A stretch of 59,192 nucleotides of DNA from Candidatus Omnitrophota bacterium (GCA_035402765.1 DAONDX010000008.1:1-59192); one strand, 5' to 3'. Counted from the stretch's first letter, positions 46,567-57,577 are shown. The notes: generated by a model from the letters alone, not told the origin. Translations and numbers: made by a program.

Positions 46567-48666
46567 TTACTTAAATAGCGAGTTTTTGATAATAAATGAC
46601 GCAAAAACAATAGAAACCATGGACATCAGCTTAATCAAGATATTCAAGCTGGGCCCGGAAGTATCTTTAAATGGATCTCCTACGGTATCCCCAACCACTG
46701 TAGCTTTGTGCGCAGCTGACCCTTTACCGCCATGATTGCCCTCTTCCACGAATTTCTTGGCATTATCCCAAGCGCCGCCGGAATTAGCCATCATTACCGC
46801 CAGGACAAAACCGGTAACCGTTGCGCCCATCAATAAACCGGCAACCGCATCAATCCCGATTAATAGACCCACGGCAATCGGAGCAACAATCGCTAAAAGT
46901 GAAGGCATCACCATTTCTTTTTGCGCTGCGGCAGTTGCAATCGTTACGCAACGGGCATAATCCGGTTTAGCCTTACCTTCCATAATACCAACGATTTCTT
47001 TAAACTGCCTGCGTACTTCCACCACAATCTTACCGGCTGCCCGGCCAACTGCACGCATCGTCATCGAACAGAATAAAAATGGCAGCATTCCGCCTAAAAA
47101 TAAACCTACCAGTACCGTAGGATTCATCATGTTTGCATTTATATCTCTTCCAAAAAGCATAACCTGATCCTTATAAGCCGCGATCAAGGCTAATGCTGTC
47201 AGAGCCGCTGAACCAATAGCAAAACCCTTACCGGTAGCTGCGGTAGTATTCCCTAAAGAATCTAAAGCGTCAGTTCTTTTTCTTACTTCAGGAGGTAGTT
47301 TTGCCATCTCCGCGTTCCCACCGGCATTATCAGCAACCGGGCCATAAGCATCCGTAGCTAGAGTAATACCTAAAGTAGAGAGCATACCTACTGCGGAAAT
47401 CGCAATCCCGTAAAGTCCGGCATTAAAATTCGCCGCACCGCCGGATAGATAAAAACTTGCCAAAATAGCAATACACACAATAATTACCGGAATAGCGGTT
47501 GACATCATCCCTACCGCAATACCACCGATAATTACAGTTGCCGGCCCGGTCAACGAAGCATCCGCGATCGAACGCGTAGGCTTATAACTACTGGAAGTAT
47601 AATACTCTGTACACAGGCCGATCAATACGCCTGCCAATAAACCTGCCAAGACCGACCAATAAACACCCAGATGCTCTACACCTAAAGTAGTTCTCACTAG
47701 AAAATACGAAATTATGGCTACCAGGATTGAACTACCGAAAGTTCCTTTGCGCAAAGCTGCCAGGAGCACTTTTTGGCTTGCCTGCTCTCCGCTTTTGACA
47801 AAAAAAGTCCCCACGATTGAAGCAATAACACCTACCGCTGCCATAACCATCGGCACAGTAACTCCAGCCACACCCAAACCGGCAGCAACACCTAAAGCCG
47901 AAGTAGCCACAATCGAACCGACATATGATTCATAAAGATCCGCACCCATGCCGGCAACATCCCCGACATTATCACCGACATTATCCGCAATTACCGCCGG
48001 GTTACGTGGATCATCCTCAGGAATACCCGCCTCTACTTTACCAACCAAATCCGCCCCCACATCAGCAGCTTTAGTGAAGATACCTCCGCCTACTCTGGCA
48101 AAAAGCGCCATAGAGCTGGCACCCATACCAAAACAAAGCATAGTCGAAGTAATGGCGGCGATTTTATCCGATCCCATCGGGATAGGATGACAAGAATAAT
48201 ACCAGTTTAGAAAATAATACCAAACGCTTAGATCTAGTAAACCTAAACCTACAACCGTAAGCCCCATGACCGCACCGCTTGAAAAAGCCACCCGCAGGCC
48301 TGAATTTAAGCTTTTACTGGCTGCCTGGGCAGTACGATTGGAAGACTGTGTAGCAATGGTCATCCCGATAAAACCGGATAAACCTGAAAAAAATCCGCCG
48401 GTTAAAAACGCAAACGGCACAAAAATAACCAAATAATTCTGTAAGGCCATCGCCAGGAGAATAAAGAAAACAACGATGAAAAACATAGAAACACCCAGGT
48501 ATTGCCTTTTAAGATAGGCTTGAGCGCCTATCCTTACGGCTTGGGCGATCTCCTTCATTTTATCCGTACCTTCATCCATCTTAAGGATACTTAAGGCGAA
48601 ATAAAACGCAAAACTTAAGGCTAAAATCGAACCTACCGGTGCTAACAACAATAAATCAAATCCCAT
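46567..48666 (-). CDS. hppA: Membrane-integral cation-translocating pyrophosphatase, K+-dependent type
   Basis: [66 protein letters not shown]. Confidence 0.96.
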   Translation of the reverse strand: MGFDLLLLAPVGSILALSFAFYFALSILKMDEGTDKMKEIAQAVRIGAQAYLKRQYLGVSMFFIVVFFILLAMALQNYLVIFVPFAFLTGGFFSGLSGFIGMTIATQSSNRTAQAASKSLNSGLRVAFSSGAVMGLTVVGLGLLDLSVWYYFLNWYYSCHPIPMGSDKIAAITSTMLCFGMGASSMALFARVGGGIFTKAADVGADLVGKVEAGIPEDDPRNPAVIADNVGDNVGDVAGMGADLYESYVGSIVATSALGVAAGLGVAGVTVPMVMAAVGVIASIVGTFFVKSGEQASQKVLLAALRKGTFGSSILVAIISYFLVRTTLGVEHLGVYWSVLAGLLAGVLIGLCTEYYTSSSYKPTRSIADASLTGPATVIIGGIAVGMMSTAIPVIIVCIAILASFYLSGGAANFNAGLYGIAISAVGMLSTLGITLATDAYGPVADNAGGNAEMAKLPPEVRKRTDALDSLGNTTAATGKGFAIGSAALTALALIAAYKDQVMLFGRDINANMMNPTVLVGLFLGGMLPFLFCSMTMRAVGRAAGKIVVEVRRQFKEIVGIMEGKAKPDYARCVTIATAAAQKEMVMPSLLAIVAPIAVGLLIGIDAVAGLLMGATVTGFVLAVMMANSGGAWDNAKKFVEEGNHGGKGSAAHKATVVGDTVGDPFKDTSGPSLNILIKLMSMVSIVFASFIIKNSLFK

Positions 48667-48730
48667 TTTACTACGCTCCTTTCAACATTTGCCAACTTAT
48701 CCTGAATTTGAAGTTCCGAAAATTTGTAGT

Positions 48731-48759
48731 ATTATAGACACAACCGCATTATTTGTCAA
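48731..48759 (-). promoter_or_regulatory. Consensus sigma70 promoter of hppA
   Basis: Perfect TTGACA-17 bp-TATAAT. Confidence 0.85.
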
Positions 48760-48912
48760 CACTAATTAACTCAAACTATTACTATTTAACAGCATAGTCG
48801 TACGGCAAACACAAGTTTAATTTATCTGCCGTTTTTTATATTTTAAACAGTCTCAAACTTACCTATTTAGGCAGTTTGCAGATTATATCAACCACCTTAG
48901 TAAAATGTTATT

Positions 48913-50172
48913 TTAGCGCTGAGAAATTTTAAGAACTTTGGTAATTTTATCGGCAGTAGAATTTAAAAGCAGTTTAACTAAGTAATATAAGAAAAATAAA
49001 AATCTCAATCTGTACAATAATAAAGTTTTAAATCCATACGGGGTTAATTCAAAAAACTTAGCAAACTGCTCCTGGGGGATATTAATTATTATGCTTACAG
49101 GTTCCCGGAAAGTATCATAAGCCAAAAAGTGGTGCCTTAAGAAAATACTGCTTATTTTTCTGCCGGGATCCCGGAAAGTATCCTTCAGGATAAACCTCCG
49201 GATCAAGCCCTGTTGATAATTTGGGCGGCTTAATCCCTTTAATATGGAATCCGGAACCCTGAGATTAAAGAAATATTTCATTTGGATAAGCCTAAAATAG
49301 AAACTAGCGCAGATGCGCCCGGATCTTGCTTGTTTTAGGATATAATCCCAATCCAAATCTTTATACTTAATTAATATTCTGGCAAAATCACAGGCAGTTT
49401 TTAAAGCCAGCGTGTTCCCAAAGCGGCGCAAGTGCAAGGCTAAACAAAAAAGCGTATCTTCGGCAGACAGCTCGTTAACTTCATTTTTTAACCCCGGAAT
49501 TCGAATTGCCCTCTTCCAGAGATCCGGCAATAAAGGATTCTCTCTGGGGTAATCCAACAACCAGTGTATTTCCAAAATAGAAAATATTTTTTGATTTTTC
49601 TTTTTGGTAAAAATTAGATGGTAGTTTCTTTTCCTCCAATAATCTTCATTTAATCCGCAAAGCTCCTTATGATAGCCAGAAGCCTCCGCCAACTTTTCTG
49701 CCCGGGGAAGTTGTTCTTTTTTTACTAAAATATCGATATCCGCCATCGGCCTTAACCCGGACAGGTTGCCGTAGAGCCGATCAATTAAAAACGCTGTGCC
49801 TTTCAACGGCAGCAAATCCACCCCTTGATCAGCAAAAATATCCGCAATTTTAAAAAATTCTTTTTCCAACTCAATCAGGCGGGACAACATAAAAAGATGG
49901 TAATTTCTAAGTTCTTCGATCTGGCGACCGGGAATCAAATGCAAATAGTCTTTAAAAAAGCTGTGGGCAAATGAAGACAAATCATGATAGGCTAAAAGTT
50001 TATTAAACTTATCCCAATCAAGCTCCTGCCCGCTAAGCATCTTTTTGATCTTCGCGGCATCCTCTCTTTCGTTTACTATCCATTGCGCAATCAAAAGAAC
50101 TAATCTTGCCTGCCGGCTGGTTAAATATTTATTCGGAGCGATTATCAGGTTATCATCTTGCATTTTTATCAT
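48913..50172 (-). CDS. Uncharacterised nucleotidyltransferase family protein (NTP_transf_5-like)
   Basis: LPLKGTAF, RPMADIDILV, LEIHWLL, LALH. Confidence 0.85.
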   Translation of the reverse strand: MIKMQDDNLIIAPNKYLTSRQARLVLLIAQWIVNEREDAAKIKKMLSGQELDWDKFNKLLAYHDLSSFAHSFFKDYLHLIPGRQIEELRNYHLFMLSRLIELEKEFFKIADIFADQGVDLLPLKGTAFLIDRLYGNLSGLRPMADIDILVKKEQLPRAEKLAEASGYHKELCGLNEDYWRKRNYHLIFTKKKNQKIFSILEIHWLLDYPRENPLLPDLWKRAIRIPGLKNEVNELSAEDTLFCLALHLRRFGNTLALKTACDFARILIKYKDLDWDYILKQARSGRICASFYFRLIQMKYFFNLRVPDSILKGLSRPNYQQGLIRRFILKDTFRDPGRKISSIFLRHHFLAYDTFREPVSIIINIPQEQFAKFFELTPYGFKTLLLYRLRFLFFLYYLVKLLLNSTADKITKVLKISQR

Positions 50173-50319
50173 GATTATCTATCAATTCTACAAAGCATTT
50201 ATTTTTTGGGCAGGGATAAAACAGTATTTTGCCTAAAACTATTCTTTTAAGCTTATGAAACGGTTATTTGAGTTTCAAACAAATATATAATCCAGTCCTT
50301 AGGAAAATTGGGTTGCATA

Positions 50320-51165
50320 CTAATAATACGTAAGACTCCCCATAACCTTGGCTTTGTCTATGGCTTTCTTAAATACCCAAATGCTCAGCGGGAATAACAC
50401 TATGCAGAATAATAACAGCATCGCTATATCCGGCATTAACATTTTTAAATTATAACCCTGAAAAATAGCGTGCCTTAATCCTCTCAAAGAATAAGTAAGC
50501 GGAATAAAATAAGATACTAATTTTAAGCTTGCCGGGAGCATTTCAGCGGGGAAAAAAACACCCCCAAAAAAAACGGACAAACCGCTGATTATCCAATTAA
50601 TAGGATTACCCTTTTTCAATACTATAATAAATGCCGCTGATATTATTCCAATACTGCTAAAAGAAATAACCGTCAAAATTAAGATCACCAGGCTGCCCAA
50701 AAAATTCGCCTGGCTAAGGTCTATTTTAAAGATTAACACGCCGAATAACAAAGAGATAAACGCGGTGACCGAGGTAAAAATAAAATCCCATAAAGAAATA
50801 CCGACTACAATAACAGTTATGCGCGTAGGGCTCATTAACATCGCCTCCAGCGTACCCTGAAGTTGCTCACTTCTTATGTTAGAGGCAAAGCTTTGCAAAG
50901 ACGTATTGAGGTAACCTAAAAAAATTATACCGATCAGAACAAACGGAAAATAACCGGTTTGATATTCCGAAAGATAGGGCGAGGAATTCTGCCCGACAAG
51001 CTGAGCGACAAAATAAAATGTGGTAATGGTAGCCAAAGCGTTTGCCCATTCAAATATAAAACCCGCCTTATAGCTTATATGGATACAAAAATCCCTTTTT
51101 ATAAAGACTAGTAACTTTCGCAAAGTAGACACATTAAATATCTTAAATATTAATAATTTTTTCAT
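50320..51165 (-). CDS. ABC-2 type transporter permease
   Basis: EQLQGTLEAMLMSP, FGGVFFPAEMLP, IPLTYSLRGLR; about 6 TM. Confidence 0.9.
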   Translation of the reverse strand: MKKLLIFKIFNVSTLRKLLVFIKRDFCIHISYKAGFIFEWANALATITTFYFVAQLVGQNSSPYLSEYQTGYFPFVLIGIIFLGYLNTSLQSFASNIRSEQLQGTLEAMLMSPTRITVIVVGISLWDFIFTSVTAFISLLFGVLIFKIDLSQANFLGSLVILILTVISFSSIGIISAAFIIVLKKGNPINWIISGLSVFFGGVFFPAEMLPASLKLVSYFIPLTYSLRGLRHAIFQGYNLKMLMPDIAMLLLFCIVLFPLSIWVFKKAIDKAKVMGSLTYY

Positions 51166-51937
51166 ATATTTCTTCTAAAGTAGCCGCGGGAGAACCCAAA
51201 TTACTCCTCAGCTCTTCCAATGTTCCGATGCCCAGGATCTTTCCTTTACACATAATTCCTATCCGGTCGCTAAAATTTTCTGCCTCTTTAAGGTTATGCG
51301 AAACAAAAAGAATTGTTTTTTTCTGTTCTTTAACCAATTTATCTTTAATGATGGTTTTCAATCTTTTAGCGCTTGCGGGATCTAAGCTTTTAAAAGGTTC
51401 ATCCAGAAATAAAATTTCAGGATTATTGATCAGGCTTCTGGCTATCAACAACCGCTGCTTTATTCCGCTAGAACACTCTTGAAACTGCTTTTCCAAATAA
51501 CCCTCAATCTCCAAAAGATAACTGAGCTGTTCGATTTTTGCTCTAGCTTTAGAGCCAAAAAGATTACTCAGCGCGGCAAAAAAATAAAGGTTCTCTCTTA
51601 ATGTCAGCCTCCAATAAAAGCTGCGTTCATCTAACCCCACTAAGCCTATCACAGGTTTTATTTTATCCTCTTCCCCGGATACATCATAACCCCTGACCTT
51701 GACTTTTCCTTGAGTAGGCGAAATAAGACAAGACAATATTTTTATCAGGGTACTCTTACCGGCGCCATTCGGACCGATCAAAGTAAATATCTCCGCCTGT
51801 TTAATCTGTAAAGAAACGTCGTCAATCGCTAAAACCCTGTTTTTAGGCTTAGCATGAAGAATAAAATTATAGATATTTCCAACTGGGAAAAATTCTTTCG
51901 TTAACCCGGATATTTCTATAGGATAATAAACTCCCAT
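51143..51937 (-). CDS. ABC transporter ATP-binding protein
   Basis: GPNGAGKS, ERSFYWRLT, CSSGIKQR, LFLDEP, VSHNL. Confidence 0.92.
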   Translation of the reverse strand: MGVYYPIEISGLTKEFFPVGNIYNFILHAKPKNRVLAIDDVSLQIKQAEIFTLIGPNGAGKSTLIKILSCLISPTQGKVKVRGYDVSGEEDKIKPVIGLVGLDERSFYWRLTLRENLYFFAALSNLFGSKARAKIEQLSYLLEIEGYLEKQFQECSSGIKQRLLIARSLINNPEILFLDEPFKSLDPASAKRLKTIIKDKLVKEQKKTILFVSHNLKEAENFSDRIGIMCKGKILGIGTLEELRSNLGSPAATLEEIYEKIINI

Positions 51938-52041
51938 CGCTATGTTTCTCCTGAAATTTTTATTTTGAAATTTCTAAAACCAATCAGCTTTAGCCTTTGT
52001 GCGCTATCTATTTAATTCAGCTAAAGCTAGATCTTCAGTAT

Positions 52042-53538
52042 TTAAAGCTTAATATACCTATACACCCATAACCCGTCAAACTCTAAACTTAAATCCAACT
52101 TATAAATTTTACTCATTTCAGAGTTTACCTCTTTAGAATTCTCATTAAATTTTTTATTTCGTTCCCAACCGCAAGAAATTACCCATATCCTCTGAGAATT
52201 AATCGCGGCTATTCCTTCAATATTCAATACTTCTCCTCCGGATTCAAGCGGCCTGTTCCAATTAGTATCAATCATTTTAGGGGCAAAAAGAAGCTTATAC
52301 TTTATCGTTTTATTATTGGAATAAAATTTAAAAACTTCCCAAGATGCCGAATTAGTATGCATAACGGTATCGCCAGGTTTAAAATTATTTTCGACAAAAT
52401 TTACGGCCGCCTTAAAAGGTTTTTTTAAAACTACCCCCGGATGATGCTCAAATACAGTCGGCATTAAGTTTAAATAATATCCGGCCAGGCTAACCAACAT
52501 AACCAAAAAAATAATAACTACCATGACCTTTTTTAGCAACCTATTGGCTAAGCAGTCTATTCCTAAAGCTAATAAAATATAATAGTACGGGCTAAAAATA
52601 ATCATTGCCCGGCCCAGGTAAACCGGAAAGAATATTTTCGAAAAAATATAAGCTGTCCCGAGAGGAAAAAAAGACAATATAACAAAGAAAAAGATCTTTT
52701 CTCTCCATTCTTTTTTTCGCCTAAAAGCTAAAAAAACATAAAACAAAATTATTAAAACTACTAAATCCGATAACCAATATAACCATGTCCAAACATTGTA
52801 GCCTAAAGTAAAATTCTCGATGGTAAAAATTAAGGATTTTAAATGCACAGCGGAGATCCAAAAACCGTCCTTAACATATAGAAACTTTGAAATAAGATGC
52901 TCTGCGCGTAAAGAAAAAATTAAACAAATAAAACTAAAAGCAAATATTAACTTTAGACGAAGATGCTTCTTCACAAACAAGAACCCGCCTAACAATTGAG
53001 TAAATAATAAAACCAGATGGTAATAAGTTATATCGGAATATAGGCCTAAGATGGAAGATAAAACATAGCTAAGCCCAAACTTGAACCTGCCTTCGGTTAA
53101 AAAGCGATAGAAAAAATAAGTCGACAGAATGCTTAGAAATACGCTCAAACTGTAAGGACGCGCCTCTTGAGCATACCAAAGATGAAAACTTGATAAACAC
53201 ATTAACAGGCAGGCGGATATTCCGACCCGGCTGTTAAAAACCGTTTTACCGAGAAAGAATAAGCAGGGAATGCTGATAACGCCAAAAACTAAGGAAGGGA
53301 AACGCAAAGAAAATTCTGAAACACCAAACAATTTTATCCAATAATCCAAAGTTATAAAGTAAACCGGCGGGTTCCAATTATGCAAAGGATTTTTTGAAAT
53401 TAAAACGCTAAACACCTCATCATACCAAAGATCATTCGCCCCCAAGCGGTACAAGCGTAAAGCTAACGCGATAAATGAAATAATCAATATTACCCAGATT
53501 TCTTTTTTTTTGATTATTTTTGTTATTAAATCCCACAT
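52042..53538 (-). CDS. GT-C fold glycosyltransferase (GT39/PMT/ArnT-like)
   Basis: LWYDE, NPPVYF, EFSLRFPS, YAQEARPYS; many TM segments. Confidence 0.88.
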   Translation of the reverse strand: MWDLITKIIKKKEIWVILIISFIALALRLYRLGANDLWYDEVFSVLISKNPLHNWNPPVYFITLDYWIKLFGVSEFSLRFPSLVFGVISIPCLFFLGKTVFNSRVGISACLLMCLSSFHLWYAQEARPYSLSVFLSILSTYFFYRFLTEGRFKFGLSYVLSSILGLYSDITYYHLVLLFTQLLGGFLFVKKHLRLKLIFAFSFICLIFSLRAEHLISKFLYVKDGFWISAVHLKSLIFTIENFTLGYNVWTWLYWLSDLVVLIILFYVFLAFRRKKEWREKIFFFVILSFFPLGTAYIFSKIFFPVYLGRAMIIFSPYYYILLALGIDCLANRLLKKVMVVIIFLVMLVSLAGYYLNLMPTVFEHHPGVVLKKPFKAAVNFVENNFKPGDTVMHTNSASWEVFKFYSNNKTIKYKLLFAPKMIDTNWNRPLESGGEVLNIEGIAAINSQRIWVISCGWERNKKFNENSKEVNSEMSKIYKLDLSLEFDGLWVYRYIKL

Positions 53539-53549
53539 TAGTTTTGAGC

Positions 53550-54263
53550 TTATTTGCCACCAAATTTTAATTTAATAAGTTGAAACAAAAAAATAAAGTA
53601 TTGTTTCCAATCAGCCTTAGTCCGGCCGCCTTCTCTTATTCCAAAAGCATAAGGCAACTCGTAAACTTTTTTATAGCGACCTTTGGCTAAAACATCTAAA
53701 AGAATTTTATAACCCATCGGTTTAAGATGCTTATCGGCGATTACTTCTTTTCGCAAAATAAAATAACCCGACAGCGGATCTCTAATTGACCTAAATATTT
53801 TGGGCAGGAAAATTAAACCTAAAAATATAGCCAGCTGCGACCTAAAATTTTGCCATAAACTTTTGCTTAAAAACTTCCCGCCGGCAACATACCTGCTGGC
53901 CACTAAAATATCAATCTCCCGGTCTTTAACCAGCTGACTAACCATTTCTTTCAGCATTCCCGGAGGATGCTGCAAATCGGCATCAATTACGCCTAAGAAT
54001 TCACCTTGCGAAACCCTCCAACCGCTGACTACTGCGGAAGCCAGCCCCCGCTCATGCATCCGGCGCACTAATTTTACTCTTGCGTCATACTTTGTTAAAT
54101 TCTCAACGATCTTCCAGGTTGCATCAGGACTATTATCGTCTACAACAATAATTTCGAAATCAAAAGAGATTTCATCCAAGATCGAAACCACTGTTTGACA
54201 TAATTTCGCTATGTTTATCGCTTCGTTATAGGTAGGAATAACCAGAGAAAGTTTATTGGGCAT
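53550..54263 (-). CDS. Polyprenol-phosphate mannose synthase (DPM1-like GT2)
   Basis: IPTYNE, VDDNSPD, GLASAV, IDADLQHPP, DPLSGYF, GYKILL. Confidence 0.9.
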   Translation of the reverse strand: MPNKLSLVIPTYNEAINIAKLCQTVVSILDEISFDFEIIVVDDNSPDATWKIVENLTKYDARVKLVRRMHERGLASAVVSGWRVSQGEFLGVIDADLQHPPGMLKEMVSQLVKDREIDILVASRYVAGGKFLSKSLWQNFRSQLAIFLGLIFLPKIFRSIRDPLSGYFILRKEVIADKHLKPMGYKILLDVLAKGRYKKVYELPYAFGIREGGRTKADWKQYFIFLFQLIKLKFGGK

Positions 54264-54320
54264 GATTTTAAAAATGAATTCGGTTTTGATCTTTCATCCG
54301 TAAGATAAAATGGGCTTCTT

Positions 54321-54599
54321 TTACCTTAATTTAGGGTCGTCCTTAACTTCCTGCCCCTGAATATCAATTATTTTATCCGGCATGCCGTTCCTGGAAAAAT
54401 CTGCCGGCTTAAATTGCCGGCTGATTCCGGTAACCATTTGTCTGATTTTAAGAGTAAAAATTAAGATTAATAACGCTTCTACGCCTAGCCACAAACCAAC
54501 GGAACCAAAAATTATTTTACCAAAAAACAGATTAAAAATAATTAAAAAAGGTAATAAGCAGCCTGAACTACCCATCCATATATATCCTGATTGAGCCAT
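54321..54599 (-). CDS. Small hypothetical membrane protein (start probably MAQSGY)
   Basis: GCLLPFLIIFNLFFG, two hydrophobic segments, C-terminal IIDIQGQEV. Confidence 0.65.
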   Translation of the reverse strand: MAQSGYIWMGSSGCLLPFLIIFNLFFGKIIFGSVGLWLGVEALLILIFTLKIRQMVTGISRQFKPADFSRNGMPDKIIDIQGQEVKDDPKLR

Positions 54600-55102
54600 T
54601 AAAATTTCTCCCAATGCAACATTTCTTTCAGTTCTCTTTTAGGCATAATTTTAAAAACATTTCTTTCTTGCGGATACCCCAAAGCCACCATACTAACCAG
54701 TTTTAAATCAGCTGGGGCATTTAACAAAGCAGCAACCTGTAAACAATAAGGTTTTTTATCCCCGGCAACCCAACAGGAACCAATGCCTAATGCCGCCGCG
54801 GCTAAAAGAATATTGCAAGTAGCGGCACTTCCGTCTTCCAGGAAATATTTTGTGTCCACCGTAAAAACCGCTATACAGGCGCCTGCCTGGGCGATGAATT
54901 TCCCATGATCGGCGATTTCGGCTAACTGATTTAACTTAACCGGATCGGTAATCACCGCAAATTCCCAAGGCTGAAGATTTCTGGCCGTGGGAGCGAATCT
55001 GGCAGCATCTACGATTTTTTCTAATTGTTTTTTAGCGATTCTTTTACGTTGAAACACCCTGACACTACGTCTAATTTTTAGAAATTTTAATAAATTATCC
55101 AT
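54599..55102 (-). CDS. Nitroreductase family protein
   Basis: RRSVRVF, APTARNLQPWEF, LGIGSCWV, LGYP. Confidence 0.92.
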   Translation of the reverse strand: MDNLLKFLKIRRSVRVFQRKRIAKKQLEKIVDAARFAPTARNLQPWEFAVITDPVKLNQLAEIADHGKFIAQAGACIAVFTVDTKYFLEDGSAATCNILLAAAALGIGSCWVAGDKKPYCLQVAALLNAPADLKLVSMVALGYPQERNVFKIMPKRELKEMLHWEKF

Positions 55103-55131
55103 GTCATTACCTAAAATGATAGTTGGAAATT

Positions 55132-55509
55132 TTAGCTCAGTCTCTTTCGCAGGTCTTCGGGAATGGCTTGCGGCTTTAAGGTTTTGTCAACACAGACCAG
55201 AATGGTCCTGGCTTTAATAATTAAACGCTTATTTTGATTGTAAATCTCGTGCAGAAATTCAATACGTACACCGGTAATCTCTCCGATTTTAGTCTGGATA
55301 TCCAGCTCATCCGCGTAAGCTCCGGGAAATTTGTAATCAACCTCCTGCCGCGAAACAACAAACATAATCCCGGATTCAGCCAGCTGCTTAAGCGAAGCAT
55401 TCTTTTGGGCAAAATACTCCGTGCGCGCTTCCTCTAAGAAATTAAGGTAGTTAGCGTAATAAACTACGCCCCCGCAATCCGTGTGATGATAATAGATCCG
55501 CTGTTTCAT
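55132..55509 (-). CDS. YbgC/FadM family acyl-CoA thioesterase
   Basis: TDCGGVVYYANYLNFLEEARTE. Confidence 0.9.
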   Translation of the reverse strand: MKQRIYYHHTDCGGVVYYANYLNFLEEARTEYFAQKNASLKQLAESGIMFVVSRQEVDYKFPGAYADELDIQTKIGEITGVRIEFLHEIYNQNKRLIIKARTILVCVDKTLKPQAIPEDLRKRLS

Positions 55510-55533
55510 ATTGTTTTAAATATATCTTTAAAA

Positions 55534-56853
55534 CTAAGCTTTGTCAATATATTCCCCGATAAAACCGTCTTTGCGGATCAATTTAAGCCTGGCCGGCACG
55601 ACCACATTCTTCAAATCTGGCCTAAATGGCAGCCTGACAGACAGATAATTTTCTGTTAGCCCTTCGATAAAGGAAGTTTTGCCGGAAACCACCTTTTCAA
55701 TTAAAACCGGAAGTTTTTTATTCAGGAACTTCTGCATAAATTCTTTACGACATTCTTGCGCTACCTGCGCCAGCCTATCACAACGCAAACGGATTATCTT
55801 CGGATCCACTTTCCCCTTAAATTCAGCAGCTCTAGTCTGCGGACGGCTGGAATAGGGAAAAATGTGCACTTTTAAAGGCAGGATCTTTTTTACCAATTCC
55901 ACGGTATTACCGAAATTTTCTTCGGTTTCTCCGGGAAAACCAACCAAACAATCTGTAGTAATCGCAATCCCCGCGATTACAGATTTTAATCCGGAAATTA
56001 GATCCGCGTATTTTTTTCTGTCATATTTCCGGTTCATCAACTTCAGGATATGATCATCCCCGCTTTGGATAGGAATATGCAGATGCCGGCAGAATTTTTG
56101 ACTGCGCAACAAACATCTGATCAACCCCGGCGTAACATCGCCGGCTTCAATAGAACTTAATCTTATTCGCGATAACCCTTTGATCTTCTCTAAACTATCG
56201 ATCACATCCTCCAGGCTAAGTTTTTCTTTTAAATCTTTCCCGTAGGCACCCAGGCAGATACCGGTTAAGACTATCTCTTGATATCCGCAAGCAACCAGCT
56301 GATTTGCCTCCTGAAGCACTTGCTTGAGCTTTTTACTCCGCTGGCTGCCCCGGACTAAAGCCACCTTACAATAGGTGCAAAAATTGCTGCATCCATCCTG
56401 AATCTTTAAAAAAGCCCGCGTATGCTGGCTAAAACTACTTATTTTCTCGGGGAAAAAAGACTTTTTAACAATTAAACCGATCCCTTTAATTTTTTTTAAC
56501 TCCACCCAGTCTTTTTCCACTAAACAGCCGGTTACCACCATCTGCGACTTAGGAGCTTCCTGAATACATCTGCGGATGATATTGCGGGATTTCTGATCGG
56601 CTCCGGAAGTAACCGTACAAGTATTGACCAAAAAAATATCCGGCTGCTGGGTTACGGGCGCCTCCGTAAAACCTTTGCTTAAGAAACGTTCGCGAATACT
56701 CTGCGTATCATACTGATTAGCCTTACAGCCTAGCGTAAAAAATCTAACCGTCCGGCCAGATTTACCGTTATCTTTGAATAAAGTGGAAGGATTAACCATG
56801 GAATTAGATTTTTTATTAGTTTTAGATAAACGGCTGGATTTAATCCTCTGCAT
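55534..56853 (-). CDS. mtaB: tRNA t6A methylthiotransferase MtaB (start uncertain, may be shorter)
   Basis: TLGCKANQYDT, NTCTVT, LKIQDGCSNFCTYC, RIRLSSIE, HIFPYSSRPQT; follows rsmE. Confidence 0.9.
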   Translation of the reverse strand: MQRIKSSRLSKTNKKSNSMVNPSTLFKDNGKSGRTVRFFTLGCKANQYDTQSIRERFLSKGFTEAPVTQQPDIFLVNTCTVTSGADQKSRNIIRRCIQEAPKSQMVVTGCLVEKDWVELKKIKGIGLIVKKSFFPEKISSFSQHTRAFLKIQDGCSNFCTYCKVALVRGSQRSKKLKQVLQEANQLVACGYQEIVLTGICLGAYGKDLKEKLSLEDVIDSLEKIKGLSRIRLSSIEAGDVTPGLIRCLLRSQKFCRHLHIPIQSGDDHILKLMNRKYDRKKYADLISGLKSVIAGIAITTDCLVGFPGETEENFGNTVELVKKILPLKVHIFPYSSRPQTRAAEFKGKVDPKIIRLRCDRLAQVAQECRKEFMQKFLNKKLPVLIEKVVSGKTSFIEGLTENYLSVRLPFRPDLKNVVVPARLKLIRKDGFIGEYIDKA

Positions 56854-57577
56854 TTAATTTAATAAAGCTAACTGCGGCAATGGCCGCAGTATCAACTCGC
56901 AAAACCTGCTTTCCAAGAGTAACAGGCAGGAACCCCTCGGCGCATGCCAAGGCTACCTCTTGCGGAGTAAAATCACCTTCCGGGCCAATAAACACAATTA
57001 TTTTTTTTACCGGTTTGGTAGATAAGTCAAAAATGCTTTTAAGGCTCTTGCCTTCTGCCTCTAAAGTCGGGATTAACTTCAGATCAAAATCACCGGGATC
57101 GGAAATGGCATTTTTAAAATCAGTTACCGGTTTGATTACCACAAAATCGCTGCGCTGGCTTTGCTTAACCGCGCTTAAGGCAATTTTTTCCCAGCGCTGA
57201 AAACGCTGCAATTTCTTTTGCTTATCTAATTTAACCACCACGCGTTCTGTCTGAAGCGGGATTATACAAGCTACCCCCAGTTGAGTAAGTTTATCGATGA
57301 TATCATCCATTTTGACTTTTTTAGGAATGGCGCAAGCCACCGTTATCTGAATATCTAATTTATTAAACGGCCTTTTTTCTTTTATTTCAAATTTAACACT
57401 GGCTGTCTGGATTTCAGAAACTTGCGCCAGATATTCATTTCCTAAACGGTCAAAAACTGCCACCTTCTCCCCGAGTTTTACCCTTAGCACGTCTCTTAAA
57501 TGGTGTAATTGCGCAAGATCATTTAAAACAATATCTTTATCAAGCGCATTTATTTTTTCGACGAAAAAACGGTTCAT
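56840..57577 (-). CDS. rsmE: 16S rRNA m3U1498 methyltransferase
   Basis: HHLRDVLR, KLTQLGV, QSQR, FIGPEGDF, VLRVDTAA. Confidence 0.94.
   Translation of the reverse strand: MNRFFVEKINALDKDIVLNDLAQLHHLRDVLRVKLGEKVAVFDRLGNEYLAQVSEIQTASVKFEIKEKRPFNKLDIQITVACAIPKKVKMDDIIDKLTQLGVACIIPLQTERVVVKLDKQKKLQRFQRWEKIALSAVKQSQRSDFVVIKPVTDFKNAISDPGDFDLKLIPTLEAEGKSLKSIFDLSTKPVKKIIVFIGPEGDFTPQEVALACAEGFLPVTLGKQVLRVDTAAIAAVSFIKLNAED

Noticed and set aside
48790-48840. ACGGCA...TGCCGT repeat as a c-di-GMP riboswitch or terminator
   Set aside because: Lacks the GEMM core (GAAA tetraloop, GACGCAAAGC); the stem is short with a long AT-rich loop.
48913-51937. Lasso peptide/RiPP cluster
   Set aside because: No precursor, PqqD/RRE, B2 protease or asparagine-synthetase-like cyclase is visible nearby.
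51986-52028. AGCTTTAGC/GCTAAAGCT inverted repeat
   Set aside because: A 9-bp stem with a 25-nt loop and no clear U-tract; not enough support for a function.
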